A stretch of 64,000 nucleotides of DNA from Massalongia carnosa (GCA_965645245.1 OZ287078.1:620001-684000); one strand, 5' to 3'. Counted from the first letter of the stretch, positions 47,438 through 60,306 are shown. Numbers and translations are program-made. The notes: generated by a model not told the origin, from the letters alone.

Positions 47438-49177
47438 TTGGGGGGAGGAAGCAAGAGGGATAGGTTTGAGAGCAGGAATATCTGCTGGGTGGGTGGGTAG
47501 ATAGGGAGATTGGTTTGATGGGTTGCTGAACGCTTGATCTTGTAGTTATGATATCAGGTGTCTCGCTTAACTTGCTAGCATCCTTGTACAAGGTACCTTG
47601 TATTCATCTGCTCTACGAAGTATTTATATTCCGTCGCGATTTATCTCAAGACTCTGACCATGACCGTCAACACTCTTACCATTCCCTCCTTTCATACCTC
47701 TCCTAAATCAACTTGACGTTCCGAAACGTGTTCGATCGCCACGAGAATCGGAGGGAAGGTTAACACACCAACATCAAAGCTCGGATTTCAAATTCTTGTT
47801 ACAACAACACATTCAGCTCTCTGCTTTTTATTTGTAAAAAAATGTAAGCGAAAGATTTTTCGTCTAATATGCTATAGTAAAATCCAAGAGAGTATAAATC
47901 ATAGGCTACTCATTACGAACATGTAAATGAGCACACTTAATGCTATTCAGTACGTTCCGCACATCAACATGAACTATGACTTTCTTTTTCTCTCTTTTTT
48001 TTTCTCTTTCCTCAATATTCAGTTCTAAATGCCGACTAAAGGAAGGGATGGAAATTCTCATAGGCATCAAGGTTATAAATGACACTAGGAGTATCATGCT
48101 TTTATTGTTGGGCATCAACCGAGCTTATCTAAGGGATATGAACAATACCTGAAAATGGGGGCTTGATTTGACTATCTCAGGAGCGTTGACTATATTGAGG
48201 GCCTCCTGGCCTTCTGGGAGCGGATTCGACTTGTTCATGATCGTACTTTGAGGGTCCTGCTAACGCTATAACACTTTGTTATGCTGCTACGCCCTATAAT
48301 TCATGCTGTTATACTTCCTTTTCCAGACGGAACCCAGAATTTACAGTTTTCATCAATCAAACCTTTCGAATTCCTAGTCTTAGCGCTTAAGCTACAGCCT
48401 TTTCGCCCTCCATCACTTGTTCTACTCGATGAGCCCCTTTTAGATTTGAATAGAAGGCGTAGAGATACTGGCGGAGAGAGAGCAAGAGGTGGATGTGGAA
48501 GGACGAGGAGGACGAGGAGGGCCAAGAGGTGAAGGTAGGTGGAACTCCTCGAGAAATCGCGATGGCCGATAATCCCCAAAGACATGTCATAACCCGTCAA
48601 CACCAGCCTGATGATTTGAACTCTCTATGTATTTGCTTTCCCGCACGTCTAACCTCCGGGGCTGGGGGAGAGGTAGAGCAGCACTAATCAGGGGGACACA
48701 ATATAGCAACGTAGCAAAGGGGCATAGCGATAGCAGGACTCCTTGTATCGAATAGGTGGAAGAATTCGCGGTTGCTTCGTCTGCTAGTTCCTGGCAATTT
48801 ATATAGCTAATGCGCTCGTCGGGTAATGGAATATATCTCCTAAGGAGGCATCTTTTCCTAGGTACTGGCGTAGGAAATGGGTTGTGTTATATGTAACTAG
48901 TCAGCACTCACCACCAAAAGCAGAATGAACATGTTGCTCTTAGGTACTCTAATCAATGCAGAGTATCTTATTCCAATCGGCTTTAAAATCCGGAAATAGC
49001 TCTAAAACTTGGGTTCAATATCGTGAACAAAAAGTACACAGTGGTAGTTACAGTTGTTTAGAGAAACCTTACTTTTAGATATACCGGCGAAAAAACCCCT
49101 ACATAAAACCCGCGAAGGGTAAAAACAGACTATGATAGGCAGAACATTTCATAATAAAATTCTCATAGAAATTCACA

Positions 49178-49264
49178 TGCATCACCCGAGAATCGAACTC
49201 GAGCCACTAGCTGTTTCAACCACGAAGATGGGAAGCTAGTATTCTACCACTAAACTAGTGATGC
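49178..49264 (-). tRNA. tRNA-Gly(CCC) with a 16-nt canonical intron (49213-49228)
   Basis: Minus strand folds as GCATCAC TA GTTT AGTGGTA GAAT A CTAGC TT CCC A [TCTTCGTGGTTGAAAC] A GCTAG TGGC TCGAG TTCGATT CTCGG GTGATGC A; 71 nt mature, intron after position 37. Confidence 0.95.
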
Positions 49265-49942
49265 TGGGGAACTTGAAGGATATGGATCCTATTTTAATAT
49301 CTATTAAACAGATTTATCTTTTGAAAATCAAAAGTTCATCTAAGACCACTACACAAAGAATTTAACAATTGTTCATGGACTCCGATCTTCGGTCGAAGTA
49401 TTCCCCAGAGTACTCTGTAGGAATTATCTACTTAGGAATCTAAACCTCCTCTAAGAAGCTCCAAACGTCATCACCATCATCATCACTGCCATCAATACCA
49501 GCATTTAGAACAAGCAAGCAAGCAAGCAAGCAAGCAATCAATCAAGCAATCAACAGCGCCCAAATATTTACCATAGCTACACCGAATACATACCCCCAAT
49601 CAACGCCCCATTCCTATCCCCATCCATCCCACAACCCAATCCCAACTCCCAACCCAACCCCAACACATTCCTGAATCCTGCCTAGAAGGATAGAAGGATT
49701 GATACATACATACTGTTAACCGATTAGACCACACTAATTGGTAGGTGGCCTGCCAATATCACCACTAATAGAAGTGTCACTCGATTAGCAAGTGTTGCAC
49801 TTAGTGAATGGCTGGCTACCGAGTACACACAAAAGGTGATGGGATAAGATAAAATAGATATTTAGCTAGAGATGATTTCTATCATCAACAACCATCCTAA
49901 ATAAACCAGATCAATTTATCAAATCCAAAACGAGTCTCTTTT

Positions 49943-51565
49943 GACACCGAAAGTCCTGATAATACGCTAATGCGGGCTAAAAACACCTCGTATATTTAGC
50001 GTTAAAAATGCTATAGGGAGATCATTCAAAAACTTCAGCTTTTGATGTTTGTTTTATTATCAAATTTTCTATAATATATTTTCTATAATCATGAGTGATT
50101 CACGAACAGTAGATCATACAATAGCTGCAAGATTACAGGCTCTTTCTTTGGTTGAACATGGAGTTGGAATAGATGCAGCTGCTACAGCCTCCGGTATGAC
50201 TTCTATAACCGTCAGAAGTCTGAGAAAAAAAGCTAGAGAACGAGGTTTTGATCCGGAGGTCTCTTCTGTTACGAAAGAAGAATATGTCAAAGATGCACCT
50301 CGTTCAGGTCGTCCACCGAAGGTGACTTCGGAGGTTGAATCTGACATTTTGACAACAGTTTGAAAAGACGCAAATGATCGAGAAAAACCAGCCGCAGTGC
50401 TTGCATATGAACGCAATGTCTCCGCAACAACTGTTCTTCGAGTTCTAAAACGCAATCGTTTGCGATGACGTAAACCAACAAAAAACCCCGGTCTCACTCC
50501 TGCAATGATGGAGGCTCGATATCAGTTCGCCTTGCGACATGAACACTGGACGATCGAAGACTGGAAGAAGGTCATTTGGATCGACGAAACAAGCTTTTTT
50601 TTGGGCACTCGTCGAGCATGCATACGAGTATGGCGCGATTCAACCGAATCGTACAATAAAACTTGCGTTCGTCGACGATGGAAAGCATATTCGGAGTTCA
50701 TGTTTTGGGGTTCTTTTAGTTACGATAAGAAAGGTCCTATGCACATTTGGAAAGACGAGACCGCTGCTGAAAAGAAGGCTGCAATTGAGCATTTGAAACG
50801 ACTCAACGACATTGCAGAACCTGCAGCGAAAGAAGAATGGGAATTAATCAACGGAATAAGACGAATGGGACTACGAAATCCTGGAGGTCAAAAGCCCAAT
50901 TGTACATGAAACAAAGCTCACGATAAAATGGAGCGAGATGGTAAAAGAAAAATTGACTGGTATCGCTATCAAATTCACATATTAATTCCCAAATTGATTT
51001 TCTTCGCTCTTCACTGCATGATAAATCGTTCGGACACTTTGATACAAGAAGACAAGGCTCTCAGTCATGCTTGTAAGCATCAGGATCAGATATTTATGAA
51101 TGCAGGAGTTATGCGCTTGATTTGGCCCGGAAATTCTTCTGATCTTAATATGATCGAGACTTGTTGGGCCTGGATGAAGCGACAAATCACTCGAAGGGGC
51201 TGTCCGACGAACAGAATCATCATGTAAAAGATTTGGATTCGGTGCTGGAAAAAGACATTGACTCAGAAACGTATTCAGCACTAGATTGGGCGCATAGTTC
51301 GTCATATTCAGCAGGTTATAGCTTTAAGGGTGGAAATCAGTATCGCGAAGGTTCCATCGAAGCAGAAAGCGGAGTTCGTCTTTATATCAGTGAAGAACGA
51401 AAAGAAAGATATGATCGAGGTCGACGAGGCCTTCGAGCTGGTGATAATAGTAATAATAGTAGCGATGACGAGGTGGATGACTAGAAATCCCAGAATTCGG
51501 AATTGTAATCTGCCAAGACACTAGTATTAGCTTTACATTAGCGTATTATCAGGACTTTCGGTGTC
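49943..51565 (+). mobile_element. Tc1-family (DD34E) DNA transposon, full length, transposase inactivated
   Basis: Perfect 30-bp TIRs GACACCGAAAGTCCTGATAATACGCTAATG at 49943 and (reverse complement) ending 51565. TA follows the right end; TT precedes the left end (decayed TA duplication). Confidence 0.95.
50091..51484 (+). pseudogene. Tc1 DD34E transposase pseudogene
   Basis: HTH region with APRSGRP, DWKKVIWIDETS (D1), QEDKALSH (D2) and WPGNSSDLNMIE (E; 34 residues between D2 and E). In-frame stops at 50361, ~50467, 50907, 51225 and ~51282, plus frameshifts. Confidence 0.93.
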
Positions 51566-53067
51566 TAGAACGTAAACCTACCTAACAAATAAGCTGGAAA
51601 GCTTACGCATATCTAAGCGATAACCAGCTTGATACATACATGTATTCACGTCGTCACCCCATTCCCATCCCACACTACAGACTACAAGCTACAGGCTACT
51701 CTTTAGAAGCTGCAGCGCAAATTACTTCACTTTACTTTGCGTTACTCTACCCTGCTCCATCTGCGACAAGAAAGGAAAGGAAATATCTTGCGCTCGCTCG
51801 CTCGCTCGCACATCTTGCTTACTCATACTCCTTGCTTCAGAAAAGGAAGAGAAAAAAAAGAAAAGTTGCACGGGATGGATTGAGTGGCGGGGTGGTGCGG
51901 TGGGTAAGGTAACTAGGTGTTTACTCCTCATGTACTCTGTAAGTATGTATATATATGTACATGTACAAACACCCGATAACGAATGCACGCCATGGGGAGT
52001 TCCAAAGAAGAAGAAGGAGGAGGAGGAGGTGCCTACAAGAGAAAGAGGAGTAGCAGAGTGTTATCGCATCGCATCGCATCGCATCGCATCGTAATCAACC
52101 ACCATACCAACCAACCAACCAATCAACCTACAAAGCGAAGCAAAGCTATCTTTCCACTTCCCCTTCCACTTCACGTCCCGATTCAGACCGGTCGCTCGGT
52201 CGCTAATTCGTAGGCGGTAAGTGGCAACGGGGATTACGTTATTAATTAGCTAGCTGTTGCTGCTGCTGTTGCTGCTGCTGCTGCAGCAAACAAGCAGTCA
52301 CGAGCCAAGGCCAAGATAGATAGATCAATAGACAAATAAGCAAGGTGATGGCTATGTACCCTGTATCTATAACTGCACTGATGGATGGATGGATGGATGG
52401 TGGGTACAAGTGCATATATGTATAATCTACGCAACCGAGCGGGTGGAAAGATTTGCGTATCTCTCTATATGTACAATCGGGATTGGGAGGGGATTCGCAA
52501 AAGTTACAGGGAAGGAATTGGAGTTTTGCGAAAAAAGAGAGATCTTGGGGCAACGAGCCGGTAAAGATGTATGTAGTGGGAGTTCATGTGGTATACAGGC
52601 AGCAAGGTAGGTAGTTAGCTATCATACAAGTAGACAACTGATGGAGCCCATGCCACCACAACTCCCTCATTCTCAAGACAGAAATTTTTTCCCCTTTCGC
52701 ACCCAGATTTTATGGACTATAAGTAGTAGGCCTAAGAATCCCTCATAAGTATAGCTCGCTGGCTTCAAGGGGACCTTGTGTGGTCCTGAGATTTCGTCCA
52801 AGTCCCGATCAATGGCGACCCGGGGCGGGGGGGCGGACCGAGATGCGATAGGGAACGAAATAGATTGTGGCATCTCAACGACGTGAGGCTCAGAGAAGGA
52901 AGTTTCTTTTTTCACACGTAAAACCGAATAAGTCTAGAAAAACGAATGATGGTATCGCTCAGCAGCAGAAATGCGTCTCCTATGGCTGGTATGATGGAGA
53001 TATAGCCGCAAACAAACATGCTTTTTACGCGAGTGTGCGTTTTCTTTTCTTTTCCCTGGAAAATAAA

Positions 53068-53559
53068 TCATTCGTCACCGGTTTTCGTGGCTGACCGTTC
53101 ACCGAGAATCTTCCGTCTCATTACGTCTGCCGCTCCCAGCGGGAGAGCCTGGCTGCTGTACTCCGACGTCACCGTAGTGGCCGACATATCGCTACTGGGG
53201 GACTGTTGCCTGCGTGACCTCCGATTGCCAAGTCCGCCAATCCCGATGAACCATCTCGAAGGAAAATGTGATTCTCGAGGCTTCGGGTGCATAAGCTCCC
53301 CCTCTTCGGTTAACGTAGAAGCCTTGGATGTTTGAAGGGTTCCGGAGCCACTGCTGAAGAAGGCAGCGATGGAGCGAGGGAAGTGCGAGCGGCGTTGGCG
53401 AGTCGTCGGGTCAGCATCTTCGGCCCGTTTATGGTAGTTCCCACGACCTCCAATTCCATTGTGGTAATAGATGGTTTTAGGACGACCACGCGGGAGAGAG
53501 GATGGTGTAGACTCGTGCATTGTAGGGGCAAATGGTTGTGACGGTGGCGGGAAGGACAT
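53068..53559 (-). CDS. Small disordered protein (~163 aa) with two GxGGxGN motifs, DUF3602/Par32-like
   Basis: YHNGIGGRGNY and FIGIGGLGN resemble the GRGGAGN repeat; ends LGAADVMRRKILG. The start codon is uncertain (ORF open from 53739). Confidence 0.6.
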   Translation of the reverse strand: MSFPPPSQPFAPTMHESTPSSLPRGRPKTIYYHNGIGGRGNYHKRAEDADPTTRQRRSHFPRSIAAFFSSGSGTLQTSKASTLTEEGELMHPKPRESHFPSRWFIGIGGLGNRRSRRQQSPSSDMSATTVTSEYSSQALPLGAADVMRRKILGERSATKTGDE

Positions 53560-55336
53560 AAGGGAATTGGATGTGACGAGGAAGCCCTTTTGTACACAAA
53601 ATGTAAAATGTAAAATGCGGAGCCAAGAAACGGCCAACGAGGTCAAAGCAGTGCGGAGGCGTATAGTAGGGTTAAAAGAAGAAGGGAACAAGAATGAATC
53701 ACAGTAACGTATACTACATGTTGTCGTGTCCAAAGACATATATGTAGGATCGGCTGCAATACTGACCTATGATTGCAATTCACTCACCAGACAAAGCGCC
53801 AGAGAGGTAAGACGGCGGATATCCCCAGAAAAGTAAGTGTCTAATTCTCCGAATGCGCTGGCCCGAAGAGATCTGCTGCGACTTGGAATTCCTTGTTCTC
53901 GGTCTGCCTCTGCCCGCCTACATTGCTAGCCGTCTAAATTTGATGATTTCTCTCATATCAATGCTGTATGTACTCTGTACTCTGTATAGAGTACAGAGTA
54001 CATAGCGGCGTCCCGGAGTCTAAGACCGATTACCTAATGTTAAGCTTTGATCCTATATAGCACTGCTCGGACACGTTGAATGGAGCGGCAATACGAATCT
54101 GGTGAACATGATGCAGACGATGCCGGCCTGCGAGGGCGCTAGGCAAATGGAGTACGTGAATCTTAACTGTCCGAGTAAAATCAACGCAGGAGGGAAATAA
54201 ATGCGCGTAACGCCACAAGTGTGAGCGTTGCGACAGGCGCTGGATCGAGGGGTAGTAGCGGCACGGTCCCTTTCCGCGGCTCCATCTGCCCATACGAGGC
54301 ATCACCATGACCATCTTGTTAAAAAACGCTCCGTAAGAGCTGAATAATTAGTTCGTGTCAACTGGAGTTGATAATGGGGTACATTGGCGAACCCCGCGAA
54401 CTTCTGCATATAGTTTGCCATCTTTCTGCTTTTCTTGGTGCTTTTGAGGAATTGTACAAAGTATATTCTAATTCAACGAATGAGTGGTACAGCTGGAATA
54501 TCGCAAACTAGTCTCAAACACACCATCGAGATTTAGTGCTCAAGGAATCCCTCGGACTTCAGGCATACCTAACTCTTTCTCTTCGCTATTTAGAGCTGCC
54601 CAATCTAAATGTAAAGTCCGATTTTCGCAGCAGTACCTTGCAGAATCGCTGCAGCAGTTGCATTGCTGCCATAAATTCTTGTGCAGAATACTGCAAGCCT
54701 GATTGCTTCGCCAAAATTTCCGCAAGAACATGTACTCTGTAAGCTACTACTTATGCTCGGTACAGAGTACTCTGTACAGACTATATCGCCTGATAAATAA
54801 AGAGAACTAGGCGTCGAGAGAGACCAGGCCGTCATTACCATATGACCAATACTTCTTCTGAGGGGATCTAGTGCTAGGCATGATGAGCGTTGCTTCTGGT
54901 GCGCCTAGCCGTTGAAGGGTGGAGTCAAGCCTATGTGTGTCATCGTTTTTGATGTCAAAATCTCAAATAGGCATAATAAGATCACTTAAGGGGCATGGAG
55001 CGCTTCAGATCGATCATACAGACAAGTTAGGTATCCATACCTAACTGAGAAGAACTCTGCTCCCTTTGAGCCGACTGCTCGATGACAAATTCCGCGGGGC
55101 TATTCGTGTCATAGCTAGTCCTGCCAGTACACAACCGTTGCGGCTGTTGTTAACGTGTTTCAACAACCTCGTTTAATACCGGGTATTCGTGGTGCAACGG
55201 GTGCCGAGCACTCCGTACGTGCCACATGGGTACTCGTCCGTAGTACCGTAGGTAGCTTCCGTGGCAAAGGATAGCTACACCAAGGAAAATCATAGTACGA
55301 GCCTCGAATCGAGGCATCCCACAGTTGTTGAGATTG

Positions 55337-57432
55337 TCAGATCCCTGCATACTGCTCCTTCCTTGCGAACATCTCTTCCAAAGCAACTCGTCGCTTTGCC
55401 TTTTCTTTCGCACCTCGTACAAACTCCAGCAGCCTCAACGCACCGGAGGGCGTGACTCCTTCGCATCTCCTAGCCATACCTACGCTTTCGGGTCGTGCCA
55501 TCTGAAGGACCCGTAATTCTTCGGTGCTGAGACCATGAATTGCGGTGTAGTCTAGATCTGTTGGAAGTTTCAATTGCTCATCTCGCTCAAAGATGCTGAT
55601 GTGGGCTTTCTGTCGTTCCACGTACGGAGCATATAAGTTCTCGATACCAACCCGAGCTCTTACTTTGGGCGAGTAAGATCCTATCGATGGCACATGTGGT
55701 ATCAACGAATCCACCGAAACTCCGGCGAGCCGTAATATATCATAAGCTGAACGCGGGGAGGTATCTTGATGCAAACGAAAGCCCTTTGCTGCCCAGACAT
55801 GAGCGCTCATCTTAGTCTGCTCGAGCAACGCCTTCAATTCTGACATCTCTTTGATGAGATCCTGGAACTGTTTCCAGCGCCTATCGCCAACCAACCCCGC
55901 ACTTCTTCCTTTGGCAGACAGTCGCAAGTCTGCGTTATCCGCACGAGCACTCATGCGATACTCGCTTCTTGAGGTGAACATACGGTATGGCTCGCTGACC
56001 CCTTTGGTAATGAGGTCATCGATCATGATACCAATGTAGCCATCACTCCTGCTGATTGTCACCTGTTCCCTCTTTTGAGAGGCGAGGCCAGCGTTCATAC
56101 CAGCAACGATGCCTTGTGCAGCCGCCTCCTCGTAACCTGTTGTACCATTGATCTGGCCTGCTAGGTATAGTCCTGATATGAGTTTTGTCTCCAGTGTTGA
56201 ACGTAGGTTGCGCGGATCTATGTAGTCATACTCAACACCATAACCAGGTTGAAGCATTTTCACGTTTTGGAGGCCGGCAATCGTACGAAGCATAGCTTCT
56301 TGTGCAGAAACAGGGATAGTCATGGAAATGCCGTTTGGATAGATGACATCAGTATCAAGTCCCTCCGGCTCGAGCCATATTCTGTGGTGGTCTTTCTCAT
56401 GAAAATGAATAATCTTGGCCTCTATAGATGGACAATATCGGGGACCTTTTACAGTCTCGCGAATGTGAATGGTTTGATTTAGGTGGGCTCGGATTATTTC
56501 ATGCGTGGCGAGGTTAGTCTCGGTTCCGTAGCAAATAAGCTGATTCTTTATTGTGACAGCGTCGTTCAGATATGAGAAAGGCACTGGAGGGTCTTCACCA
56601 GGTTGCTCTTCCAAATGGGAGAAATCAATCGTCTTTGCGTCGAGTCTTGGGGGTGTGCCAGTCTTTAATCTTCCTAATTGAAATCCAGCGTTTTTCAGTG
56701 ATTTGCTTAAACCGAAGGTTGCTGCCTCGCCCATTCTTCCGCTAGGAAAAGCTTCCATGCCAATATGAATTTCCCCTCCCAGAAAAGTACCTGTGGTAAT
56801 GATGACCTGCTCGCATCCTATCACCTCTCCAGACTCGAGCCTGACAGCAATGACCCTTTGCTCTTTTCCATCAATGCCATCTCCAAGAACAATATCTGCA
56901 ACCTTGCCCTCCAAAACTCCCAATCGATCGGTTCCTAGCACCTCTTCCTTCATCTCCTTTCTATATATCTCTCGATCGATTTGCGCACGTGGTCCCCATA
57001 CTGCGGGGCCTTTTCTTCTGTTTAGTACTCGAAAATGTATTCCTGCTTTATCCACGATCCTTCCGCATACCCCATCCATAGCGTCAATCTCACGCAACAT
57101 GGTCCCTTTTCCGATGCCGCCAAACGAAGGGTTGCATGAGCATACACCTAAATTGTCCAATGAAGGAGTCACCAAAGCAGTCTTTGCTCCAACACGAGCA
57201 GCTGCTGTCGAAGCTTCTGTACCAGCATGACCACCTCCAATGACCACAACATCGTAAGTCCTACATGTTGCTTTATCAGGACCCAGAGGAAGTTTATGTC
57301 GATGGGAAAGCTTCTGACGTACCTTTGACCTTCAGTAACTGTGGCAAATCCATGGATCCGCGATATCACTAGTGGTCGTACACGAGGACTGTGGCCCCAG
57401 CGTAGTAGCACTTTGAGCCTTGAGTTAAACAT
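55337..57432 (-). CDS. MTO1: Mitochondrial tRNA uridine-5-carboxymethylaminomethyl modification enzyme Mto1 (GidA/MnmG); intron 57322-57261
   Basis: Arg-rich presequence-like exon 1. Motifs [73 protein letters not shown] and [13 protein letters not shown]. Confidence 0.97.
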
Positions 57433-57544
57433 TATGAAGGCAAACTTTGCATACTACAGGTGGTGATGATGCGGAAAATTAGAGGTTCGCGCCGGCTAAA
57501 TACCGGGATTTAGGCTAGCAAATTCTGCCGTTACTCGGGTTCAT

Positions 57545-57763
57545 CCCCTTTTGCACCAGCGCTAAAATTAAAAGAATTGGGAAAAAAGCAAACCTTTGTA
57601 TAATTGTTTTAAAATCTTCAGTATCATCAATTCATACGGCTAGAAATTTGACTACATAATTTTTAAAGAATGAAAATTTTTGTTCGCTATCATAATCCTT
57701 GTCATAGCTGATTTTTTATTTTGGTTAATTTAGCGGGCGCGTTTAGCGCTGGTGCGAAAGGGG
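57545..57763. mobile_element. 219-bp MITE-like element with CCCC...GGGG ends
   Basis: 22-bp TIR CCCCTTT(T/C)GCACCAGCGCTAAA with 1 mismatch (57545-57566 and 57742-57763) and an AT-rich interior. No exact TSD (flanks CAT / CAC). Confidence 0.8.
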
Positions 57764-58318
57764 CACAAGGGTGCCGTGCAAAATCAGTATTCATCATTTT
57801 TAAATCTTATTTCACCACGATTATAATAGTGTGGTAGCGATTTCAAGACTTTGACCCTTTCTGCAGCTTGAATAAATTTAAGATCTATGTTACAACGGGA
57901 AAATTCTATCGTGTTTGATTTCCTCCCTGCCACTTGCTTTTGTCACATTGTCTGGGTTAACTAATTTGTTGGGTCATCCTATCATAATGATATGAAATTA
58001 TCCATCACTTCCTCCAAACTCAAAATCACCTTTGTGGATGTGGAGTTGAGTTAATGAAGACATAAAGTTCCACGATTGGACCTGTCATACCTGCATCTGC
58101 CATCAGGATAGTTATAGGATTATACTTACCACTTCTCGATAAAGTAGCGTTGGGGAACTTTGATTTACCAAACTCCTCTGCTGCCCGCCCTAGGAGGAGA
58201 AAATAAGCTTGCGGGCACTCCGCTTTCAAAAAGCCAATCGATAGTCCCCTGAACCGGCGGAGAAACTTAGGTGATGTCCTTCAACAAGCACCCTAGCACA
58301 ATTGTAGCTCTTTCAGTG

Positions 58319-60306
58319 CTATCGCCTTGTGGTCTCCTTTTTCAATCTAGCAGAGGCAGAAACGGCCGTTGAATCAGGCCAGCTCTTAACTGCGTCATCA
58401 ACTTCCTCTAAGAATGTTGTGGTATTGTGCATAGCTGTAGCACCTAGAACAACGCGTACACCTGGGAAACTGGCGTTGACTTGTGCAATCATTTTGGCTT
58501 CCTCGTACGTCGCACCTCCAATCATAAACACAATGATATCCTGGGGTTTGTCCCTTGTTGTGCCCCCACCTTCAACGAAAGGGTATTGCTGTTCTTTCAG
58601 CCTCGCCTTAATCAGGTTCTGCAATGTTGCTTCCAGGCGAGGGGAATGCTGCGTGTAGACATTTTCAACGCCCTTCAGCCCCTTGAACCGATCACGAGCG
58701 CCAGAAAATATAGATGAAGACTCAAAAAGATCAGAGAAGCCTCCAGTGGTAGGAGCAGATTGAAGGGACCGGTGATAAGCAAGCACTTCTGACACCAATT
58801 CGGCGCGTCTTGACGATACATTTCCGACGGCCGAGAGAAGCTCTACCAACATGGGTAATGAGCTGGATGGATGTTTTTCGTATCGGAGCGAGTACAGTGC
58901 TACAAGTCGAAGCTTGCTGTCCGAAGGTATCTTGGGGGATTGAATCAATCGTTGTAAAGTCTGTTTGTCAGTGAGTGATACGGGATGACAATGGGAGAGC
59001 AAGGTAAGTACCTTGAGATCGTTGGAATGGTTATCATTACATGCTAAGCTCTGTTCCAGCTCGCTGACATCTAATAGCCCGTCGGCACCAACACGCCTAC
59101 TGAGCTCTCCAACCAAAGTCACATGTTTACTGACGTTGCCAGATAGTTTCCTGAACTCGGGATAATCTTCAACGAAGCGTTTCATGTCAGCAATAGAATC
59201 GAGGCTCGCGTTGCTCTGGGTCTTGGATTGATATTGTTCGACATAGTCCTTTATATTGCCGCCCAAATCTCCGAAATTCAGGTACATATTCTTCTTAAAG
59301 AAAGGATCCTGATCCTGGGACAATACAATTTCTTTAAGCTCAGGTCTGATATCTGGAACATCGCTCAGATCTACCCTTCCATTGGAGATACCAAGAAGCT
59401 CATGTACCATGGCTTGATATGTCCATTGTGTCAAAAGTGGAGTAATAGGGTCATCCCTCCGATCGAGTAATAGTAAGATAGGAGGCGTGTCCGTTTTCCT
59501 GAAGTCGAACAGTTGTTCTTCCTGTGTTATCTGATATCGAATCTCCGTCGCTAGCTTTTTGGCCATCAAACTATTCTTTTCATACCTAATGAACGGCTTC
59601 TTTTTCAGAGACAATAACAGCGCAATCAGGCCTTCGGTACATCGTTGTAGCGAATCCGGATTCCATATATCAGGGTTGTTGCTCCAAATCCTTTGTTTAG
59701 GAAAACCAAGCTCCAACGAGAATAAATCGGGATTTATAACATTGTAATCCGCAAAGTATTCCTGGATACTTCGAACCACCTCGTTGTCGTCGGCTTCTGC
59801 AAGCCTTTCGAGGGACGATTTGCGTATGATGTTACTAAAGTCTTCGAAGGGAGTTATCGGCTGAGTTCCCCATTATAATCAGTAGACTACGTACATATAA
59901 AGTATTCGCCGTATTTAGGTTCTCGAAACTCGTCTATCAGATGCTGTGTCGATTCGGCGGAGGGACGCACAAAACATATACACCGAAGATGTCTCATCTT
60001 CTCCCTTGCCGGATTATCCAGACGGCTGTAAAACTTTCAGTGGCAATTTTGGGCTTGGCATCGAAATAATTACTCGATTAGGTAAACTTCATGATTGAGT
60101 AGAGTGGATTGGGTTGTAGCTGCCGAGACGATCGATACCTGAAAGGAATCAGCTATTTATCCTTGAAAACCCGCCTTTCCATAGACTCGCACTGTCTCAC
60201 TGTCAAGCAAAAGGATCTTCATTTTGGAAGAGGAAGCTCCTAGGGTGCTATCTCCGGCGGAGGCCATCTTTGAGATATAGCCTGATACCGCTGATACCAC
60301 GTCCAT
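58319..60306 (-). CDS. VPS45: Sec1/Munc18-family protein Vps45, multi-exon (includes in-frame 51-nt intron 59011-58961)
   Basis: MDVVSAVSGYISKM...KMKILLLDSET, TQSTLLNHEVYL, EKMRHLRCICFVRP, QEYFADY, LLLDRRDDPITPLLTQWTYQAMVHELLGI, NVSKHVTLVGELS, ENVYTQHSP and IGGATYEEA. Confidence 0.96.

Noticed and set aside
48281..48610. GRGGRGGPRG...KTCHN stretch suggesting a second gag relic
   Set aside because: Only a low-complexity RGG tract and one Cys; insufficient evidence.
49178..49943. Tc1 element ~680 bp upstream of the tRNA gene as tRNA-targeted insertion
   Set aside because: Pol III targeting is a property of certain retrotransposons, not Tc1, and a single instance is uninformative.
20072..59747. 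Numerous antisense or alternate-frame ORFs within TSC2, SEC16, NEO1, MTO1 and VPS45
   Set aside because: Expected shadow ORFs of long coding sequences.
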